The notes below the pieces were generated by a model. The model was not told where the DNA came from and did not search any database. It worked only from the letters and a program-made list of their open reading frames with translations. DNA of 64,000 nucleotides from contig NC_043011.1 of the NCBI RefSeq assembly GCF_006345805.1, forward strand, positions 10,478,001 to 10,542,000. Reading direction: 5' to 3'. The translations under genes and the position numbers were made by a program. Below, piece after piece: positions 50,093 through 64,000 of the stretch (positions are counted from its first letter, which is position 1; the number at the start of each line of letters is the position of its first letter). The stretch is from Octopus sinensis. Its lineage: Eukaryota.

Positions 50093-51039
50093 TAGATAGA
50101 TAGATAGATAGATAGATATACTTTGTGGTAGTTAACAATGCAGTAGTGAAGATAAGAGTCCCCAAGCGAGTATCGAATCTTTGTATATTTGACTTCCACG
50201 AGTTAATATCATTAAGCCAGCAAAGACCTCTCATGGAAAATAGGATGTAGTGACAATCGTGCTTGTCTCAATAATATCATATATTTGTTTTGAAAATACA
50301 TTAAGAAATAGAAACGAAAGCGTCAAACGTGACGGCTGGAGGGGAATTTTTCCTGGATGTTGTCTATTTTCTCGGAAATGGACAAAACTATTTGGTAATA
50401 GAGAAATCACAAATAAATAGGAAATAAAATGTTTAAAAAAAACTTTAAAAAATAAATCAAACACGTCTATTGATTAAAAAGACAAACTTTGATGGTAAAT
50501 TGTATAAAGGTTAATCTTTTATAATTTCATTTAGGATAATTGCAATTAGCTGAGTTTTTAGTCTCGCTACAATTAGCCATTATTTTTTGTTCGTGATTTC
50601 ACCAATAGAAAATGTTGTCATGGAATGAAAATATTTGTAAAAGCTGGCAACAGTCTGTGCGTCGCACAACGAAGCACATGGCGTCAGTAATATATGTGTG
50701 TATACATGTTTGTATGATTTTCAGAGTGTGTATTTAAGTAAGAAAAGGTGTGGGGTGTATGTGGATGGGAAGGTGTGTGTGTGTGTCTAAGATGAAGTGT
50801 TGTTAGTCAATACAAAATTCAAGACACCAACAAACATTAGTATTTAGCAGAATCAAAGGTATTAATCATATTAGTGTTGACTGGGTCCCCTTACAGCTTC
50901 TTCAACCAGACAGTGCGTGCGTGTGCGTATATGTGTGTATGTGTGTGTGTGTGCGTGTGTATGTACGTATGTATGTATGTACCATCTATGAATCCATAAG
51001 TCAGGAAAACAAGCACTAGTATTTGTCAGTAGAGCTGGC

Positions 51040-52020
51040 TTATTAATCGAAGTATTCGGTATATATATTCATTACGGCTGAACTTATCATTCGGTTTCGC
51101 ATTAAAAGTTCAGCGGAGAGTTAGCTAACAGTCCGATTATGTAACCTTGCGCTCTTGAGAAATGGTAGTTATGGAATGAACTGTGGCAACTTGTCTCTAT
51201 TTTTGGAGGTGAACAGACACATTCGGTTTGTGGTTGTTGTGAAAAAGACGATGAAACGAACCGAGGAAGGATTAAGTTAAGAGTTATGTTCCTTGGTACC
51301 AAAAACACCATCTCTGTGGGTGCTGCAAGTCGGTAAGAGATATCTGGAAGTTTATGGGAAATGTGTGTATCTTTAAGGTTGGTGCTCTTGTAGAAATGGA
51401 ATGTGTGTAGTGGTACTATATGTATAGTGTTTGCAGGGTGCGGGTGTTTCGAAAGATCACATGCACATCTGTGTTCGTTGGTACGTTTTTTTTTTCTTTT
51501 ATGTTTTGGTTAAATTCTTGGGACATTTATGTATGCATGCAATGTGTGTAGGAATGCAATATATGTGGGGAGGGGGGATTTTATTGGGGTGTGTGGAAAA
51601 TGGTCCATCGGGTGGCTGTCGCTGTGTTAGGGTGAGTGTATATGTGAGTGCGTTTGTGTACGTCCTGGTCAAACTCATTTCCGGATTTCCAGGAGGGCCG
51701 AAGCTGTAGGACTGGTGATTTATACTCACGAGGGAGCACACAGGTATGTTAGGATGTGCTTCCTTTCATATGGGCAAGCGTTAAAAATTTCACTTCTGCT
51801 ATTCAGGTAGATACTGAGAGCTCTTTAATATCGCTCTTTTCTCACCCAGACACAATCTGCACATCCTGCTGCTATTAAAGTACGGTTTATATTTCTCCAG
51901 AGAGAAGGGCTCAGGGTTACATAATCGGACTGTTACCTAACACTCCGTTAAACTCCTAGTGCGAAACCGATTGGTAAAATCAGCCGTAATGCATATATAA
52001 CACTGTACTCTTCGACTAAT
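51040..52020 (-). mobile_element. Degraded Penelope-like element with inverted terminal repeat copies
   Basis: About 51040-51165 is a diverged reverse complement of 51890-52020 (shared GGTTACATAATCGGACTGTTA...GCGAAACCGA...TCAGCCGTAATG); between them KEAHPNIPVCSLVS resembles PLE KIHKPxxPLRPIVS. Confidence 0.55.
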
Positions 52021-52317
52021 ACACGCGCGCGCGCACACACATGCATGCATACATACATACATACAAACGTACATACATACATAAACACACAATATATCAA
52101 TCGTAGCTAAACTAGTCGCTGGCTGCTGTTCAACGGTGGTTGATTTGGCGAACAATCATTGAAACATAGAGAGATAAATATTTGATTTTTCTGGTTTATT
52201 TACCTCACTTACAGTCATAGCACCGGTAACCTTTTGAGTCATTAAGTATTTTCAGCGATTCAGTATGTCACTTTTAGGGGCTGAAATTGTAACACTGACG
52301 TTCCTGTACAACCTTAC

Positions 52318-52401
<84 letters not shown>

Positions 52402-52455
52402 GAATAAGGATAGAAATTGATATTAATCAATTAAAACCAGTGGCCTAGCATATTA

Positions 52456-52502
<47 letters not shown>

Positions 52503-54518
52503 TTGCATACGCACCCGCGCGAACTCCCTCTTTCCCCACGCTGTCTCCTGTCGTAAGGTACCGTGAGAGAGGTTCCATCAAGCCTAATCTAACCAAGACA
52601 CGTCAGATTTTATTTCGGCTTCCCTCCGACTCCATCAAGAGTTGAAGGTCATATCTGGAGCGCGGCAAAGCATATTTGATAAAGTACAAATTGTTTTCCA
52701 TTTGTACCGGCAATGAATTTATTGTGTCCGTTCTGGATGTTCTGATGAGGAACCGTGGGACTTTGAAATGGTCACTTGGCCTTTACCGGCTCATCAGGAA
52801 TGTTTTATTTTATCAGTTCAGGAGAGAGAGAGGGTGGAAGAGAGAGAGAAGCAGAGAGAGAGACGGAAAGAGACAGAGAGAAACAGAGAAAGACATAAAT
52901 GAGGAAAAGGGATAAAGAGAGAGAGAGAGAGAGAGAGAGAGAAACTCACAGAAAGGTAGAGAGCGAGAAAGAGACTGAGACAGTGAATACGTGAGATAGA
53001 TAGAGAGAGAGAGAGCAAGAGAAAAGGGAGAAAGAGAGTGACAGAGAGAGAGAAGGAGAGTGCGAGAGAGAAGGAGAGAGTGGGAGAGAAAGAGAGAGTG
53101 AGAGACAGACAGCATGTGTCCGTGTGTGTGTGTGTGTGTGCGTGTGTGTATGAGAGAGAGAGAGAAAGGGAGAGAGAGTATCTTGTGGTTTTTCTCAGAA
53201 CGTCTATTTACATAGCAAATTTATTGAACGCTCGCTTGTGTGAGTGTGCGTGTGCGCGCGCGCTCTGATGTGTGTGTGTGTGCGTGTGGGTGTGTGCCTG
53301 TACGTGTGTGTGTGTGTGTGTTCATATCCCATTTATTTATCTCTTATTACATCACGTTTTCTTTACCTTCCACCTCCCACTGCCATCTTTCCCTTCTCCC
53401 CCTCCGCCTACAATCTCTGCCTCCTCACACACAAACATCCCAGTTTCTTTCTTTCCATCTCTTCTCTTTTTTTTTCACTCTCGCAATCTGACACCCTCCA
53501 CCCCCCCTCCTTTCTTGAATCACAGCCATTTTGCGTTTCTCTTGTTTATTTTCACACGTTTCACGTGCGTTGCTTGTATTTCTGTGGTTGTGGAAAAGAT
53601 TCGTTGGCGAGTGTTATGGTGGCCTAAATGTTAGATTATGACCCAGAGGATGGCCTAAATGTCAAGTACTTGCAATCAAGAAGCTTGCAGAAGGTCATCA
53701 GAGACAGTTTGTCAGTCAGTCAGCAAGAACTGGGTCAGCCATCATTCATTCATTTATTGCAACACCTCAACATTCCTTCTTCAAAGTTGTTATCAAAAGT
53801 CTGGTACATGGCAGCTGATAACGCGCACGTGCAAGTGTTTTGGCGTATCATGTATGTGTGTGTATGTGTATATGCATGTGTGTATGTATGTATGTATGTA
53901 TGTATGTATGTATGTATGTATGTGTGTATGTATGTATGTATGTAAGTGTGTGTGTATGTGTGTATATGTATGTATGTGTGTATGTATGTCGCACACACAC
54001 ACATACTTAAGCCTATATTATCGATAGACAACAGTATTACAAAAGCCTTAGAGTGCCTTCAGTAGATTAGAAAAAGTGTGTGTGCATATGTGTGTGTATG
54101 TCGATGTGTCTGTTTGTGCACACACACACACACATATTTATATACGTGTCTATACCGTAATGGAGAAAGCTGCTTATTTATTAGGTACGTAACAATTATT
54201 AAAAGTACTAAAAGAAAGCAACATTAAAAGCTTGACCGTCTGGAAATATTTTTTATAAATTCATGTTCTAAGAATTTCGATTTCTGAAGTTTATTGAATT
54301 TTTTTTAACTCCAAATTCTCGCAAATTTAAACATTCATTGCATTCTCTGCTAATTCGTTGCAGGCAACATTTTGCGTTTTCATTTGCAACAGTCTCTCAT
54401 TCTCGCCTCTATTTTCATAAATGATAATTTAATAATAGCTATGTAACTTTTGTACGAGACAGAATTTCAAGAATATTATCAGTTCCGGGCTTTGTTAAAT
54501 GAATATTTGCTAAATCTA

Positions 54519-55582
54519 TAGTTTCACACCAGACTCGATTTCGGTAGTAAATAATTTTTCCCCGCGTTTTTTAGTTTTTTTATTTTCCTTTTTGGTGCAA
54601 TCGTCTTAGTTGACCTCATAAGCTTCGGAAATGAATTTTTTCCGCGGAAAACGGAGGGGGTGGGGGTGAGACAGGACCTCCGTAATTTTTCCTTTCCGAC
54701 CCCGTCTTGTGCGTTTTTTTTTGTTTTTTCATTGCAATCGTCTTAATTGACCTCACAATGAGTAGGAAATGCGTTTTGTCCGCGGAAAACGTAGGGGGTG
54801 GGGATGGGGCGGAACCTAGGACAGCCCTGTATATCTTCTGTTTCCGGATTTGTGTGGAATCGATCCTTTACTGGCGATCGGGGAAGGGTGTATATAATTT
54901 TGCCACCTCATTAAAAATTGTTACTGCAAATTTTTGCTTGTTTTCTGTAGCAGAGATAAATAAATACCTGCCAAGGTATAGGTGTAGATAGTTTGAAAGA
55001 ACACCTGTCCTTTTCACCCATTCTTTTATATCTTGCCAAAAAGCGTTCGATGTTTTGTGTGTGTATGTGTGCATGTGTGGTGTCAACAACATTTTTTTTT
55101 TTGTGGTTTATTATGTAATGTTGATAACCCAATGCTTGTATATCTTTGTAAGCCGCCCAAGAATCACTGTAGATAACTGAGCCAGGTTTGATGTATTTTT
55201 GAATTAATGAAAGCAATGTCGCTTTGTAACGATTCTGACTGGTCCGAGGAATAACAAAGTGGCGTTTGCTAATCCACTTAATTCCAGCAAACAACCAAAC
55301 ATAAACATTTTAATTAGAATATACAATCTGTAAACGGAATTAACTGATTATATGTATGAGGTCAATTAAGACGATTGTAACGGGGAAAAAAGGAAAAGAA
55401 CGCGGAAGACGGAGTCGGGAAGGGGAATTTCCGAGGTTCCACCCCCACCCCCTCCTTTTCCGCTGAAAGAATGCATATCCAACAGCTTATAAGGTCAACT
55501 AAGATGACTGTACCCACCTCCCGCACAAAAAATACGCGGGAAAAAATTACTTAGTACCGAGATCGAGTCTGATGTGAAACTA
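54519..55582 (-). mobile_element. Merlin (IS1595-like) DNA transposon with long TIRs and partial transposase
   Basis: KATLLSLIQKYIKPGSVIYSDSWAAY...INH...HTQNIERF...YLHLYLGRYLF; ~220-bp imperfect TIRs beginning TAGTTTCACA(C/T)CAGACTCGAT; possible 8-bp TSD TAAATCTA/TAAATTTA. Confidence 0.88.
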
Positions 55583-55919
55583 TAAATTTACCGAATATTT
55601 TTGATAAAATGAAAATTTTTTAATCTAACGGAATAATTTTAAAGTGATTTTGTGTTGAATGAACGCATGCGATTACACAAAATAGCTGCATAATGTTGAT
55701 ACGAGGCACAATTTGCAGAATATTATCAGCTTCCGGAGTCTGATGAATGAATATTTTTGATAAATTGAAAAGTCTTTGATATACTGTTATAATTTTTTTT
55801 CTTTTAATGAAGAAGTGATTTTGTTGGTATAGCTACTTGGAACGCTATAAGCCTTACAATAATAACTATGTGATCGCTGCTATTTCTAGCACGCTAAACA
55901 AGATTTATATATATATAAT

Positions 55920-56060
55920 ATGCGACTGAAAGAGAAAATTTAGCAGCAAAGGCACAACGGCAGAGAGAAAGAAGGGCAAGTGAGGCAGATGAAACCAAGG
56001 CAAAGTAAGTGAAACAGATGCCTGAATATGCACGGAGACGTAGACGTTTCCGCTACACCT
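55920..56060 (+). pseudogene. Possible STPR-like repeat fragment (Helitron N-terminus type)
   Basis: RQRERRASEADETKAK*VKQMPEYARRRR resembles ETxEERxxRLxxMxxYAxxR. Confidence 0.3.
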
Positions 56061-56219
56061 GACCGACGAGCGTATAAAATATTTCTACAAATGAGAGGGG
56101 GAAATGCACTCGCTTTATATTGTAGAGTAAAACGAAGGAGCCAGAAAGTGAGAAATTGGGTGGCAAAGGAGGAGATTTTCGCGTGCACATGTATATACAT
56201 ACATACATACATACATACA

Positions 56220-56255
<36 letters not shown>

Positions 56256-56448
56256 TATATGATGGAGTTAAATAAGATTCGAGTAGAATGCTATGCAAAG
56301 CTCGTTCACAGTTAATGGCTGCTGGATATTATGATACAGTGGAAAGGTTAGTACGACTGGATATACATCAGGAATTTCATAGAATCCGTAGAGTTTGCAT
56401 AATGTGATAAAATATGTGCATGCGCGCGTGCGTGTGTATTGTATGTGA

Positions 56449-56486
<38 letters not shown>

Positions 56487-56574
56487 GTGTGTGTAAGAAA
56501 ATGAGAGGAATCAATGGCTATATTATGAACTTCATTAGCTTAAAGTTGTTTCTGCTGCCGGATGCAGTGGACTC

Positions 56575-57050
56575 ATAGTTCAGTGCCTGAGTAACCCCTT
56601 ATAGTTTCACGGTCCACAGATCGTGCCCGGGCAAGGGCAGTGTGGATAATGATGAGGGGATATCCACGTAGGATGAAGTTTCGAGCCATGAGTTGGGACT
56701 GAGTCTCAAAGTGATGGTCGTCACTGCAAAGTCTGCGTAAACGGAGGAATTGGGAGTAGGGGATGAAGGGCTTGGTGTGGGTGGTGCGGGAGGAGAAGGA
56801 GAAGTTAAAGCAGGAGTGTGAGTCAGTGGATGGAGGTAGTGATGGCGGAATGGTGGATGCTGACGGAAGGGTTAGAGAGAGCGTAGGAGACTGCGAGGAC
56901 AGGATGGAAGGATTGGGCAAAGGAGAGGAAGGAGTCCGGTTGTTCACAGCAGAGTGAGGTCGCGCCGATACAGCCATCGATATAACGACCGTATAGTTCA
57001 GGAATGGGACCAGTGAATTCTGAGAATATTTGGGTATGGATCAGCTTCAC
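56575..57050 (-). pseudogene. Penelope-like RT/thumb fragment
   Basis: GPIPELYGRYIDGCIGATS (YIDD motif mutated), STDSHS, IPYSQFLRLRRLCS, RGYP. Confidence 0.85.
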
Positions 57051-58400
57051 GTCTGGAAGTAGATAGTTATGTTCCACGGCTAAGTGAAGGACTCTTTAAC
57101 TTTGCTTAGCCATCATCCAGAATTGGTGTCTCAATAAAAAAACAGTGGTTGGGGATGAAATTTATACCAAAATATGTGACGCTGTGAAGCAAACATTGTA
57201 TCGGTTATTTTTGAAAAGGTAAACAGTGTAGAGTGACGGTACCTGTCTTTTAAATGGCGTAAAATTGTGTTGAGTGAGCGAAGTCTGGGAGATTTGAATT
57301 TTTATATTAGGCATATCATGTCGCCGGGTACTGATATATTGGCAGCAATTATTATTGTTTATCCTGTTGTTGTTCCTTAAACTATAAGTTTCAAGGGATA
57401 ATCAGAGGTGGTTTTTGCAAAAAACTGACTGACATGCATCGCAGAGGGAGAAATAATTTATCAGCTTCAATGCTCATTTCCCATTTATTCAGCTCATAAA
57501 CTCTGGAAAAGTTTTAGCTCAGTATTTTCCATTCTTTAAAATATATTCTTTCAGCAAAACCAAACCATAATAAATTTCAGGACAAATTAGTCAGAAATGA
57601 TGAAATCAGTTTTTAAAAAGGAAGGTTATTTGAAACAGGGCCTTTAACTTTGCTACAAAACCAAATATTCGTAGAGAGTTTTGTTGATCGAATTGACTAT
57701 TAGTACCTGAGTAGAACTTATTCTAGGGTCCCTGACAAGATCAAATGCAAAGCCAGCCATGTTGAAATCTGGATGTACAGCTCAAAGTACATAACTAAAT
57801 AATGCATGCAACTTAAGTAGCTCGAGCATTACCTATATATCGCCATCTATTATCATTTCACTCACTGTTACAGGAAATATACCATTAAACTGATAATAGT
57901 GTTTTTTTCCTTTTTAGTGCTCCAAGATTATTTAAAGAAACCTTTGTAAGATTGATTCAATCGACCACACTTCTGGCAATCAAATCTAAATCCTTGTGAT
58001 TGGGGTAAGAAACTAATCTCAGAGAAAAAGAAAGCCAGAGATAGGAAGATGTACAATTATGTCTTTAGACCCGTGTCTACGTTGGTGTGATACTCCTGTG
58101 CGATTCGAATTCAGAACGTAAAGGGGTAAAAGTAAATACTGAAAGGTATTTAGTGTCCCTAGCGAGTGAAGGTTAAGGTCCAGTTTCAATTTCCAGTTGA
58201 TACTAGTTCATAGTTCACTTTCTCTGCTAATACATTTTCAAATAAGATGAACACCATACACGTCTATCACTTCTATCACCACCACAGCACGAACTCCTTT
58301 CTACATCATATTTTTAATTTAAAAGTCCAAGTTGAAACCTATTCCAACTTTTAAGACTAGAATTAATCACCATTTTTTCATTGTCTCTATGACTGTAGCA

Positions 58401-58502
<102 letters not shown>

Positions 58503-59082
58503 CATTAATATTATTATTACTACTACAACTACTACTACTATTAAAATGCTTTGCCTCGTTACATTGTTAGCGCCCACTTTACTGTTAGCTTTCCCCGCAG
58601 CAGGCGGCCCTGTGTATCGCCTCGCCAGTCAAGATTTATATGTTATTCAACCTTCCCCTCCACATAAAATAGGGACAATTTGTCTGATACTCATAACTTA
58701 TCTGTTCATTCCATAGTAAAAATGGTTTCTAATATCGGATGAAGACTGCAAACTGCATCACACTTCCTGAAATGCCTGCATAAATTATCAATAGGAAGAA
58801 GAGATAAAGAAAGAGAAAAAGAATATAAAAGAGGAGGAAGAGGAGAATAGTTTCAGGGAGAAAAGCACCATTTGCTTACTCCAGCTTGGGCTTTTTTTAT
58901 CAGCCACTGAAACAAGTGTTTTTCGTTTGTCTCCAATTGACGACTCGGAATAAAGAACTTTAATTAACGACGTTTGAATACCTTAACTGAATGGAAACAA
59001 CAGCCCCACCCCCACCCTCACCACCACCAGTATCACTATCGTTACAGCCACCCCCACCATCACTACTATCATCGCTATCACC

Positions 59083-59114
<32 letters not shown>

Positions 59115-59513
59115 CAACAATAACAACGGGGATGACATCAACAACAAGGTTAGAAATTTAAAAGAAAGGAAATTACTTCCTTTTTCCCCGACATTTTCGT
59201 CATTTTAATTCTTGCTCAGAGCCAGAAATATTCACAACCGAATAACAATTGAAACAAGGAAGACACAAAAGATTAACAACAACAACAACAACAACAATAA
59301 TAATAATAATAATATATTAATTATATTAGCTTTTAATTTTGAAAACAAAAGAACATTTGAGAAATTTCCCTTTGCTGATAGCAGAAAATTCTAGAATAAA
59401 AAACTGCAGCAAATTTGTAAGAAGAAGGAAATAGTTTTTAAGAGTTTAAAAGGTTGTTATGTATAGTGTCATAATAGCGAAACTGTAGTCACATATAGAA
59501 TTGTAAAAGTTTT

Positions 59514-59568
<55 letters not shown>

Positions 59569-61334
59569 GGTGGTGGTGGTGGTGGTGCTGTTGCTGGTGC
59601 TGGTAGGGGTTATGAAATAGTGTTAGGAAGAAAGAAGACGAGGGATGCGAAGACAGAATTTAAACCACAAAAAAATAAAATTTATATTTTAGAATAAAAC
59701 TAACTTTAGAATGGAGTGATAATGTATGTGTGTGTGTGTGTGTATGTATGAAATATGGAGAGTGTTTGTGAGTGTATATGAGTGAGAGAGACAAAGTGTG
59801 TGTGTGTGTGTGCGCGTGTTTGTGTGTGTCTATGTGTGTGTGTGTGTGTGTGTTAGTGTGCTTATGTATGTGCATTTGTGTGTGTATGTGAATAATGTGC
59901 AAATCATATAAAATTATAAAATAAATATAAATACGGATTACTATTAGTTGATGAAATATACAAAACTATGAAAATAGTTGAAAGTCGCCCGTATTAAGTT
60001 TTGTGTCAGTTTTGTGTCTCTTCACATCCAAAATACTGTTTTCGTTGTTGAGTTAAAAACTATATTTCCGGTTTATGTATAGCCATACATAGTATTTATC
60101 TTTCGTCAACCTATCGTCGAGACACGAATGTTTCCATTTATAACAGCATTTATAATAAAGATTATATTCTTATATACCGAAGAATGGAAAATTTAAAAGC
60201 ATTTTATGTAGTTAGCAATATCTTGGCCTGATGACAGTATTTCAGAAATGATGGTGAGTTTCGATATCAGTGTTATATTTTAATGTTGTCATAAAACGGC
60301 AGCAATAAACGCCAACACCAACGACTTCGTCCAGAGGATGAGATCGAGTATCTTTGATAGTGGATTTGAGAACATTTTTAGTTTGTTTGAAAGAAACCGC
60401 TAGGAATATAGGTGAAATATCCGGTGTGCATTGGAATCCCACAAAAAATCTCCATCCTTGTTTTATCGATATATACAGATAAATGCAAATGCGAAGTCTG
60501 TTACGGAATAGATATTTTAATTTATGTGCGAAAGATACAATGTTATGACAGGTAACTGAGTCTTCAACGAGAGTATGAAGCCAACCTCAGTCGTACATCC
60601 GAATGGGGCAAAATAATGCATCAAATTTATGAAATACATACACACATATATAAAGTTAAAGTAGCGAGGAAAGGCAAACAATTAGGCAAGACTTGACAAA
60701 GGCATTTAATTTAATTTAATTCAATTTAATCTAATCTAATCTAATCTAGTTACGTAACGAATGATAAAAAAAGTGTCTCTGACAGCTCTTTCTGGGATAT
60801 TTCAGCTATTGGACCATCGGATCGAGCGAAGACTCGGACATCGGAGAGATATAGGTTAGACAGTGGAAAAAAAGTTCCTCATCAATGATATCTGTTGTGG
60901 TTCATAATGTCCAAGAGGATGGAGGGGTCCAATTAAATTCAGTTAGATCGGGTATTCCTTTTTGAAATCTATGTTCAGAAAGAATGGTTAGGTAGTACAC
61001 TATAGTGAGTGAAAAGAAAAGAATAATGCTGGCAATTCTAAAGTTGCACAAATACTGAGAAGAGTATTATATATATATGTGTATTTATGTATGTATAATT
61101 TTATTATATTTTTTTATTTTATCTAAAAGTGCTTAATTTTTATTGAACACATCAGCTTAACCAGAATCTGATATTGATAAATAATTCAATCACACTTGGA
61201 AGCTATATAAATACAAAGCTAACGACATCTCCAAATATTCTGAAACAGTTTCCAGGAGGAAAACTTACATTTAATAATTAATAAGTACCACTAATAGAAG
61301 CAGAGAAGGGGTAATTATTATTATCATCATTATT

Positions 61335-61690
61335 GTTGTTATTATGAAAGACTCTTGGATAGTTCTCAATTACCGGTTATTCTTCACTTGAAAGCAGGCA
61401 AAACCAAATCACCAAAGGTTTCAAGTAGTGCCTTCTCCTGTGACTCAAAGAGACAATACTCTCCTTAGAATGTGAACTGTACCCAAAAATGCTGTCTTCT
61501 GAATCCGAGCCTGACAGCAGCTCCAATATTCTTAATATGTTTTTCAAAGCCCCTGGAAACTGCTCCGAATGCTCCAATTACCACCGATATCACCATTACG
61601 TACCTCATGCCCCATAACTTTCCTATCTCGTCCCGCCGTGGCTGGTATTTCTCAATCGTTTCTGTTTTCTTACATTTCACCCTCGAATAG
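61335..61690 (-). mobile_element. 5'-truncated Dong/R4 3' end between TAA/TAC tracts
   Basis: EKYQPRRDEIGKLW...VVIGAFG...LGTVHILRRVL. Confidence 0.8.
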
Positions 61691-61795
61691 CCTCATTATT
61701 ACTACTACTACTACTACTGCTACTACTACTACTACTACTACTATTATTATTATTATTATTATTATTATCATTATTATTATTATTATTATTATTAT

Positions 61796-61895
61796 ATGTT
61801 TGACTTTTGCTTTACATTTGTACAAGTGGGCTCCAAGTCTCACCCAGAAACCTCAAGAGACAACAGGTTGGAAGTTCATGTTGGTGTTATGCCTA
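61796..61895 (-). mobile_element. Dong/R4 terminal 3'UTR piece adjoining (TTA)n
   Basis: About 100 bp closely matching 8786-8885. Confidence 0.75.
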
Positions 61896-63127
61896 GGGTG
61901 CCATATATTTGGTGCTTTCCGTACCCCTAGGGTAGAGGAGCTCATTATATGCATTCCTAGATTTCAGGCCTTGTACCTATTGTAGAAATGATTGTTATTA
62001 TGATTATCATTATTTGAATAGAGGGTTGTGAGAGGTAGAGGGGTAAGAAAGGAAAAGAGAAAGGGCAGTGGGAAGGGGAAGAGGGAGAGAGAGAGAGTAA
62101 GAGAGAGAGATACAAGCAGATAGATAGACAGACCGACAGAGATAGAGGAACCAAAAGCAAATCTGAAAGTGGAGAAAGGCCTACATAAAAGTTTAAACAA
62201 CAGATCGGAATTCAACGAAAGAAGACGGGTAAAGAGAACATCTTTAACAGACATTCAAACATGTTTGTATATGTGGGTGTGTATGTAGGTATGTATACAC
62301 ATATACTTTCAGACAAACACACACACAAACAAACACGCGCGCGCGTACATATATATATGCATGCATTGCATATATATATATATGTTTAATTAGAGGATAT
62401 GTTAACCTCATGAAGGGATGGTTTCATCCAAAGCAATATTGATTCAATACCTAGTATTTAGGGGAATTAACTTACTTAAAATAATAGCTCTCTATATAAA
62501 ACATACAGTTTACATTCATTTGAAAGAAGAAAAGGAAATGGAGATTAGGAAATTAATAACTGTTTTTTATTAACAAATTGGTCATCTTCGCTGTTTCAAT
62601 TAATACTTAATAATTTAATTACAAATTTGTACATTAAATTTACAATTATGTGACATGAGTATAATTTCATCAGAGGAAAAACGTTGTACCTTTGGATGTT
62701 ATACGTGGGCTTATCAGTTCACTTCAGCAGACTGAATGTTAAGATTTGTATTGTTATTTGCTTGGGTGAGGGGTGTGTGTATATATATATATATATTTAA
62801 ATATGCACGTGTATTTTTCATGGATATTTAGAAGACTCACCTTAAAAATAGAGTACAAAATCTACCCCCTTTGCACCTGGTTAACAAGGTGAGATGATTG
62901 AGATTCCGTCATTTCTTGGTTTATGGGGGTCGGTCTGTCGTGTGACCACGCTATCTTTTCGATAAATCTCTATAAACCTTTTGTTATACACGTCATTGCA
63001 CATACAACTGAGATAAGATAATCAATAGCTGTAGGATTTGCACTGGTCGAAGATGAGTTCCTGTTTTTCATCAAATGAAAAAGCGTTCACATAGGTTGGC
63101 TATCCCAACTCGCCAAACTCACACTAC

Positions 63128-63219
<92 letters not shown>

Positions 63220-63559
63220 CGTATATATTTATGCATGTATGTATAAGTGTGTATACGCATACGAATATACACATGTTCGCGTGTGTGTGTTCTCAAAAGA
63301 AATGAAAGTAACCAGCTAAAACAGCCGAACGTTGATGCTGATAAAGCGATAAAAAGAAAATGCTGTTACATTTTCGACCGGGTTTATGGATGTGAAACTC
63401 TGCGGGGTCTCATCTCAAGCATTTTATGTTCTGTAGCATTTTATTGAGCATGAACGAGATACAAAATGCAGACCAATAGTTACAAGACATTGAAACAAAT
63501 AACAGAGAGAACAATAATAGCAGAAGTGAAAGCTAACCTTGGTTATTAATAAAATAGCG

Positions 63560-64000
63560 TTTAATATGATATATCGAGAAAATAACCTGGTCGTCGGTTA
63601 GAATACACTGGAAAGCGGAATAAAATACTTGGTTGTATTTAGTTTCGGAGTTCGAGCCTAACTGATGTCGATAATGTCTATCGTTCTTCTGAAATCAATA
63701 AAATAATCACAAATAAAACACTGCAGCTCTTCCGATAAATGGATGGCTTTGAGTCTATTAAATAAATCTATATTTTGTACAATCAGGCCCATGAGTTCTA
63801 AGAAATAATCTAACTTAATTGTTTTAACATTTCTTGCAGACAATCTCACTTTTCATTTATCTAGATTATAAAAGTACCAGTAATATATTTAGAGACTTGA
63901 CTTCAATATATCTTGCCCCTTTAAAATTGTCTTGTATCTACAGGATTTGATCCTTAAAATATCTTCCAAGAGCTAATAGTAAAATTGAATGCCAAGTACG
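63560..64000 (-). pseudogene. Degraded LINE RT fragment
   Basis: YFIDFRRTIDII resembles FIDFxKAFDxV, with a degraded NYRP-like piece upstream. Confidence 0.35.

Noticed and set aside
52742-52797. Two opposed CTGATGA hammerhead cores 50 bp apart
   Set aside because: The plus copy lacks a good stem II; the minus copy has CAAG instead of GAAA. At most decayed PLE remnants.
53628-53945. 105-aa ORF MLDYDPEDGLNVK...
   Set aside because: No recognisable domain, no clear splice boundaries, and it ends in a microsatellite.

Overview
Eukaryotic, AT-rich, non-genic (intergenic or intronic) DNA saturated with microsatellites and transposable elements. The SINE families, microsatellite fields and LINE mix suggest a cephalopod, probably Octopus (inference). 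I found no intact protein-coding gene, rRNA, true tRNA or CRISPR array. Recognisable content: at least 8 Dong/R4-clade (RT plus restriction-like endonuclease) retrotransposon pieces, most sitting in (TAA)n tracts, four of them in a head-to-tail train at 21.6-27.3 kb; L1/Tx1, RTE and CR1 LINE relics; many Penelope-like element (PLE) remnants; a Tc1, two mariners and a Merlin DNA transposon with TIRs; nested non-autonomous Helitrons; and tRNA-derived SINEs (CORE-type, Meta-type and others). The most interesting signal is a set of minimal type I hammerhead ribozyme motifs in PLE-type repeats. One has an apparently intact core (34234-34276, minus). Others carry variant cores (CCGACGA twice, CUGUAGA once) with conserved stems, and a ~100-bp fold-back turns at a hammerhead cleavage site. 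Also notable: a SINE whose 3' tail matches an L1/Tx1-like 3' end, microsatellite-bounded tandem duplications, a minisatellite with higher-order structure, and one weak candidate host exon. All family assignments are by eye from motifs; no database search was run.
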